Below are positions 60,597 through 64,000 of a DNA stretch of 64,000 nt, piece by piece. Within the stretch, counting starts at the first letter, position 1. The number at the start of each line of letters is the position of its first letter. Origin of the DNA: Deltaproteobacteria bacterium (GTDB lineage Bacteria; Myxococcota_A; Polyangia; Polyangiales; Houyiibacteriaceae). Below the pieces are notes generated by a model. The model had not been told where the DNA came from and did not search any database. It saw only the letters and a program-made list of their open reading frames with translations. The DNA is taken from assembly GCA_034670305.1 (NCBI GenBank), contig JAXMNT010000013.1:32001-96000 (forward strand), in the 5' to 3' direction. A program made the position numbers and the translations under genes.

Positions 60597-62474
60597 TCAG
60601 GTGCCGGCGCGGTGGATGTATGCGAGCACCGCCGCGAGCACCATCTCACTCGACGTGGCGACCCCGAACAGCTGCAGCGCGTGATCCGGATAGACAATGC
60701 ACGCGGTCCCCGAGATCACACTCAGGATCGCGATCCAGGCGATCCAGCGGAGGAGCACCACCGAGCCCACGAACAGGGCGGCCGCGAGCACGAAGCAATC
60801 GGTCGCGAACACCTGGGCGACGTCTGGTTCGATCTGAAAGAACTCGAGGCCCACGAACACCGACAGCCGGTGCAACAGCATCACCCCCATCATCGCCAGG
60901 AGCATGAACACCGCCTGGCGGTTGAACGTGCTCACCCACAAACGTTTGCGAAGCACGACGGTGCCGCCGATCATGATGAGGGTCGACACAATCGGTATGG
61001 CGAGCATGTGGGTGATCGTCACGTCGTCTTGGTCGAGGACGAAGCTGTAGGCCCCGATCGCGATCCCGACGAGCGACAACCCGAAGAGCGCGAACGCCCG
61101 CGAACCGGACGCCACCCTCGGGTCGTGCTCCCGTGCGAGGCGCTCCAGTTCGGCCTGTCGTTCACGCTGGGACTGGAGCAGTCCTTCGAGTTCTCGAAGG
61201 GTGTCGAGGGCCAGGGTGTTGTCGGGCCACTGGGCGATGGACTGTTCGAGGCCGAACTGGGCCGCGGCGAGGTGCTGGTCGACCTCGCGCCGCGCATCGA
61301 CGTCGAGCGCCTCCTCCGTTTCGAGCAGCCGAGACGCCTGTTCGAAACGCAGGCCCGCTTCGGTCGCCAGCGCGGCCGCGTCGCGGTGCCGCACGAACGC
61401 CTTCACCGCATCCCGGAACGCACCCACGTCCGCAGGGCGCGCGTCCGGGTCGACGTGGCAGGCCTGGTTCGCGAGACGGGCCAGCTCGCCCGGCACCTCT
61501 TCGTCGAACTCGAACGGCTTCGACTGCCGCGCGCTCAACAGGGCCGCGATGGCGGTCTGCGCGTCGTGCCGGGGTCGACCGGTCAGGACCTCATGCAACA
61601 CCGCGCCGAGCAGGTACACGTCGGTGCGCTCGTCGATGCGCCCACCGCCCACCATCTCGGGGGCCATGTAGTTCGGGGTGCCGCAGAGTCGGGTTTCGGT
61701 CTCTCCCACCAAACCTGCGACGCCCCAATCGGCGAGGTACACGTCGCCAAACTTCCCGATGAGCACGTTCTCCGGCTTGATGTCTCGGTGCACGACGCCG
61801 TGCTGGTGCGCGAAGCGCAGCGCCTGGCACACCTGCAAGACGATCTGCAGGTGCCCGAGCAGGCGGTTGTCGGGCTCCCCGTCCCAGCCCTCCCACCCCT
61901 CGTGGGCGGGATCCTGGAGCAGGGCATCCCAGGTGCTCCCCTCGATGCGTTTCATCACCAACGCGGGGCGGCCCGCTTCGTCGAGCCCGATGGAGTGCAC
62001 GGGGACGATGGCCGGATGTTCGAGTCGACCGGTGACGCGACCTTCCACGAGCAGCGCGTCGCGCGCGGACTCGGGGGCACCGTCTTTGGTGGTCTTCACG
62101 GCGACTTCTCGGCCGAGCGAATGCTGCTTCGCGAGGAGCACCCGCCCCATGCCGCCCTCCCCGATCAGTCCTGTCACCTCGAGATCGGCGGAGGCGCCTC
62201 GCGGTGCCGCAGGCGGACTCATCGAGCCGCGCAGGTCGAGCGAGAGACGGGGCAACGGCCGTTGCGTCTGGGTGGCCGCGGGCTCGACGTCGGCCGGGAG
62301 CGTCAGGTCCGCGGAAGCTGCCGGATCGGCCCCTGGCGCGGCCGGCCGGACCACGGACTGCGGCGGTAGGATCGTGGCGCCCGGTGGCAAGAGCGCCGTG
62401 TCCGCGGCCCCGAGCGCGTGGAGCTGGGCCTGCAGACGCTCCACTCCGTCGGGCACATCCTCCATCGACGCCAT
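60597..62474 (-). CDS. Ser/Thr protein kinase with multi-TM C-terminus
   Basis: GEGGMG, AVK, HRDIKPEN, DWG, APE; about 6 C-terminal TM helices. Confidence 0.92.
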   Translation of the reverse strand: MASMEDVPDGVERLQAQLHALGAADTALLPPGATILPPQSVVRPAAPGADPAASADLTLPADVEPAATQTQRPLPRLSLDLRGSMSPPAAPRGASADLEVTGLIGEGGMGRVLLAKQHSLGREVAVKTTKDGAPESARDALLVEGRVTGRLEHPAIVPVHSIGLDEAGRPALVMKRIEGSTWDALLQDPAHEGWEGWDGEPDNRLLGHLQIVLQVCQALRFAHQHGVVHRDIKPENVLIGKFGDVYLADWGVAGLVGETETRLCGTPNYMAPEMVGGGRIDERTDVYLLGAVLHEVLTGRPRHDAQTAIAALLSARQSKPFEFDEEVPGELARLANQACHVDPDARPADVGAFRDAVKAFVRHRDAAALATEAGLRFEQASRLLETEEALDVDARREVDQHLAAAQFGLEQSIAQWPDNTLALDTLRELEGLLQSQRERQAELERLAREHDPRVASGSRAFALFGLSLVGIAIGAYSFVLDQDDVTITHMLAIPIVSTLIMIGGTVVLRKRLWVSTFNRQAVFMLLAMMGVMLLHRLSVFVGLEFFQIEPDVAQVFATDCFVLAAALFVGSVVLLRWIAWIAILSVISGTACIVYPDHALQLFGVATSSEMVLAAVLAYIHRAGT

Positions 62475-62580
62475 GCTCGCCCATCGGGCCCGCGACGTAC
62501 ACCGGATCGACTCCGAGAACGGCCTCGGATCTCTGGAAAACCCCGAGCGATGTCACTCAGCCTTGATACGGTAGCGGCCC

Positions 62581-64000
62581 TTGGATCGCCCCGCGAACAG
62601 TCCGCCGACCGGCCCGCTGCATCAAGTGCAGCGGAGGCTCCAGGCCGAGGAGCTCATTCGATTGCGTCGGCCGGACGAGCAGCGGCGGTACGTGGCGAGT
62701 CAGCGGGCGGGCCGCATCGATCCGAACCCACATCAAATCGACGCGGTGGTGTTCGCACTCCGCCGCATTCCGGAGGGTGGCTGCATTCTCGCGGACGAGG
62801 TCGGACTCGGAAAGACGATCGAAGCCGGGCTGGTGATCGCCCAGATGCTCGCCGAGGGCGCGCGGCGGATCCTGCTCATCACGCCGAAGCCGCTGGTCGG
62901 CCAGTGGCGCGAAGAACTCTACGCGCTCTTCGACATCGTGGTGCGCGAAGGCAAAGCGGAGCGGAACGCGTTCGACGGAGACGGAGTGTTCCTGGTCGGG
63001 CGTGAGTCGGCCGGCACCAAGACCATGTCCGGTCTTCTGGAGCACAGCGCGCCGTTCGACTTGTGCGTGGTGGACGAAGCGCACGAGCTCTTCGCGGGCA
63101 TCTACAAACGGTACGCCGCGGACGGGTCCTACAAAGACGACGCAGGCCACGCGAAGGTGGCGCACCGAGTGCGGGAAGTGCTCGGCGCGACGCCGGTGCT
63201 GCTCTTGACCGCGACGCCTATCCAGAACTCCCTCGCCGAACTCTGGGGACTGATCCAGTACGTCGATCCCTCCGGCACGTTGCTGGGCGACCTCCCGACC
63301 TTTCGAGAGCTCTTCACCGGCCAGGACGACCGCTCCCTCGCGCCGGGTGCGGACCACGAGCTGCGCCGGCGGGTGCAGCGGGTCGTGCAACGCACGCTCC
63401 GCCGGCAAGCGCAGGAGTTCATGGAGCAGCCGTTCGTGGGCCGGCGCGCGCGCACGTTCGAATACAAGATGACCGAGGAAGAGAAGGTCATCTACGACGA
63501 CGTGACCCGGTACTTGCTCAGCCCGAACCTGCAGGCGTTCCGCGGCACGCACCGCAGCCTTCTGCTGCTCGGGTTTCACCGGCGCATGGCGTCGAGCAAA
63601 GCCGCGCTCGCGCGCAGCCTGAAGAATGTCGAGAACCGGCTTCAGCGCATGCTCACCGCGGCGCAGGCCGGGCGGTTCGACGAGGGGGAAGAGACCGCCC
63701 GCGTGTTCGTCGACGACCTCGATGGCGACGACGAGATCGTGCTCGCGCTCAGCGCCGAGTCGGAGGACGAAGGCAAGGTCGACCCCGAAGCGGTGCGGCT
63801 CGAACTCGAGCGGGTGACCGACCTGCGCGCCCGCACCGAAGCGCTCGCGGTGGACAGCAAAGCCCAGGCGTTGATCCAGGCAGTCCGGGCGGTGCTCGAA
63901 CGGGGCCAGTCGTCCAAAGGCGGTCCGGCGGCGGGGTCGGGCAAACTCGTGCTCTTCACCGAGTCCCTCACCACCCAGGACTACCTGCGGGACCTGCTGG
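62581..64000 (+). CDS. SNF2/RapA-family helicase, partial (runs off window; absent from ORF track)
   Basis: Frame 1 open after TAG at 62572: PHQ, ILADEVGLGKT, VVDEAH, LLLTATP, LVLFTES. Confidence 0.92.
   Translation, partial: MDRPANSPPTGPLHQVQRRLQAEELIRLRRPDEQRRYVASQRAGRIDPNPHQIDAVVFALRRIPEGGCILADEVGLGKTIEAGLVIAQMLAEGARRILLITPKPLVGQWREELYALFDIVVREGKAERNAFDGDGVFLVGRESAGTKTMSGLLEHSAPFDLCVVDEAHELFAGIYKRYAADGSYKDDAGHAKVAHRVREVLGATPVLLLTATPIQNSLAELWGLIQYVDPSGTLLGDLPTFRELFTGQDDRSLAPGADHELRRRVQRVVQRTLRRQAQEFMEQPFVGRRARTFEYKMTEEEKVIYDDVTRYLLSPNLQAFRGTHRSLLLLGFHRRMASSKAALARSLKNVENRLQRMLTAAQAGRFDEGEETARVFVDDLDGDDEIVLALSAESEDEGKVDPEAVRLELERVTDLRARTEALAVDSKAQALIQAVRAVLERGQSSKGGPAAGSGKLVLFTESLTTQDYLRDLL

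Overview
High-GC, gene-dense chromosomal window that looks myxobacterial (Myxococcota). This assignment is inferred from three Hanks-type Ser/Thr kinases, many Cys-rich lipoproteins and a CglB-like VWA lipoprotein. It holds about 55 protein genes. These include lipid and redox metabolism, an OPT transporter, a TonB receptor, a two-component/kinase signalling cluster, a 9-gene Mrp Na+/H+ antiporter operon without mrpA, stand-alone IF-1 and EF-Tu paralogs, and a SNF2 helicase running off the right end. I saw no rRNA, tRNA, CRISPR array or transposase. The most notable items are: (1) a small four-helix-bundle gene preceded by a long fold-back with the geometry of a single-stranded-DNA (Frpo-type) promoter, set among period-6 quasi-palindromic repeat tracts that recur across the window; (2) a divergent EF-Tu with substitutions at known elfamycin-resistance positions, behind a uORF/attenuator-like leader; (3) a caspase/CHAT-like protease fused to a YbjN-like domain, next to a stand-alone YbjN-like protein; (4) a 73-aa protein resembling the GyrA N-terminus. 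All family calls come from motifs read by eye; no database searches were run. Many start codons were re-chosen from the ORF track using RBS, signal-peptide and overlap logic.
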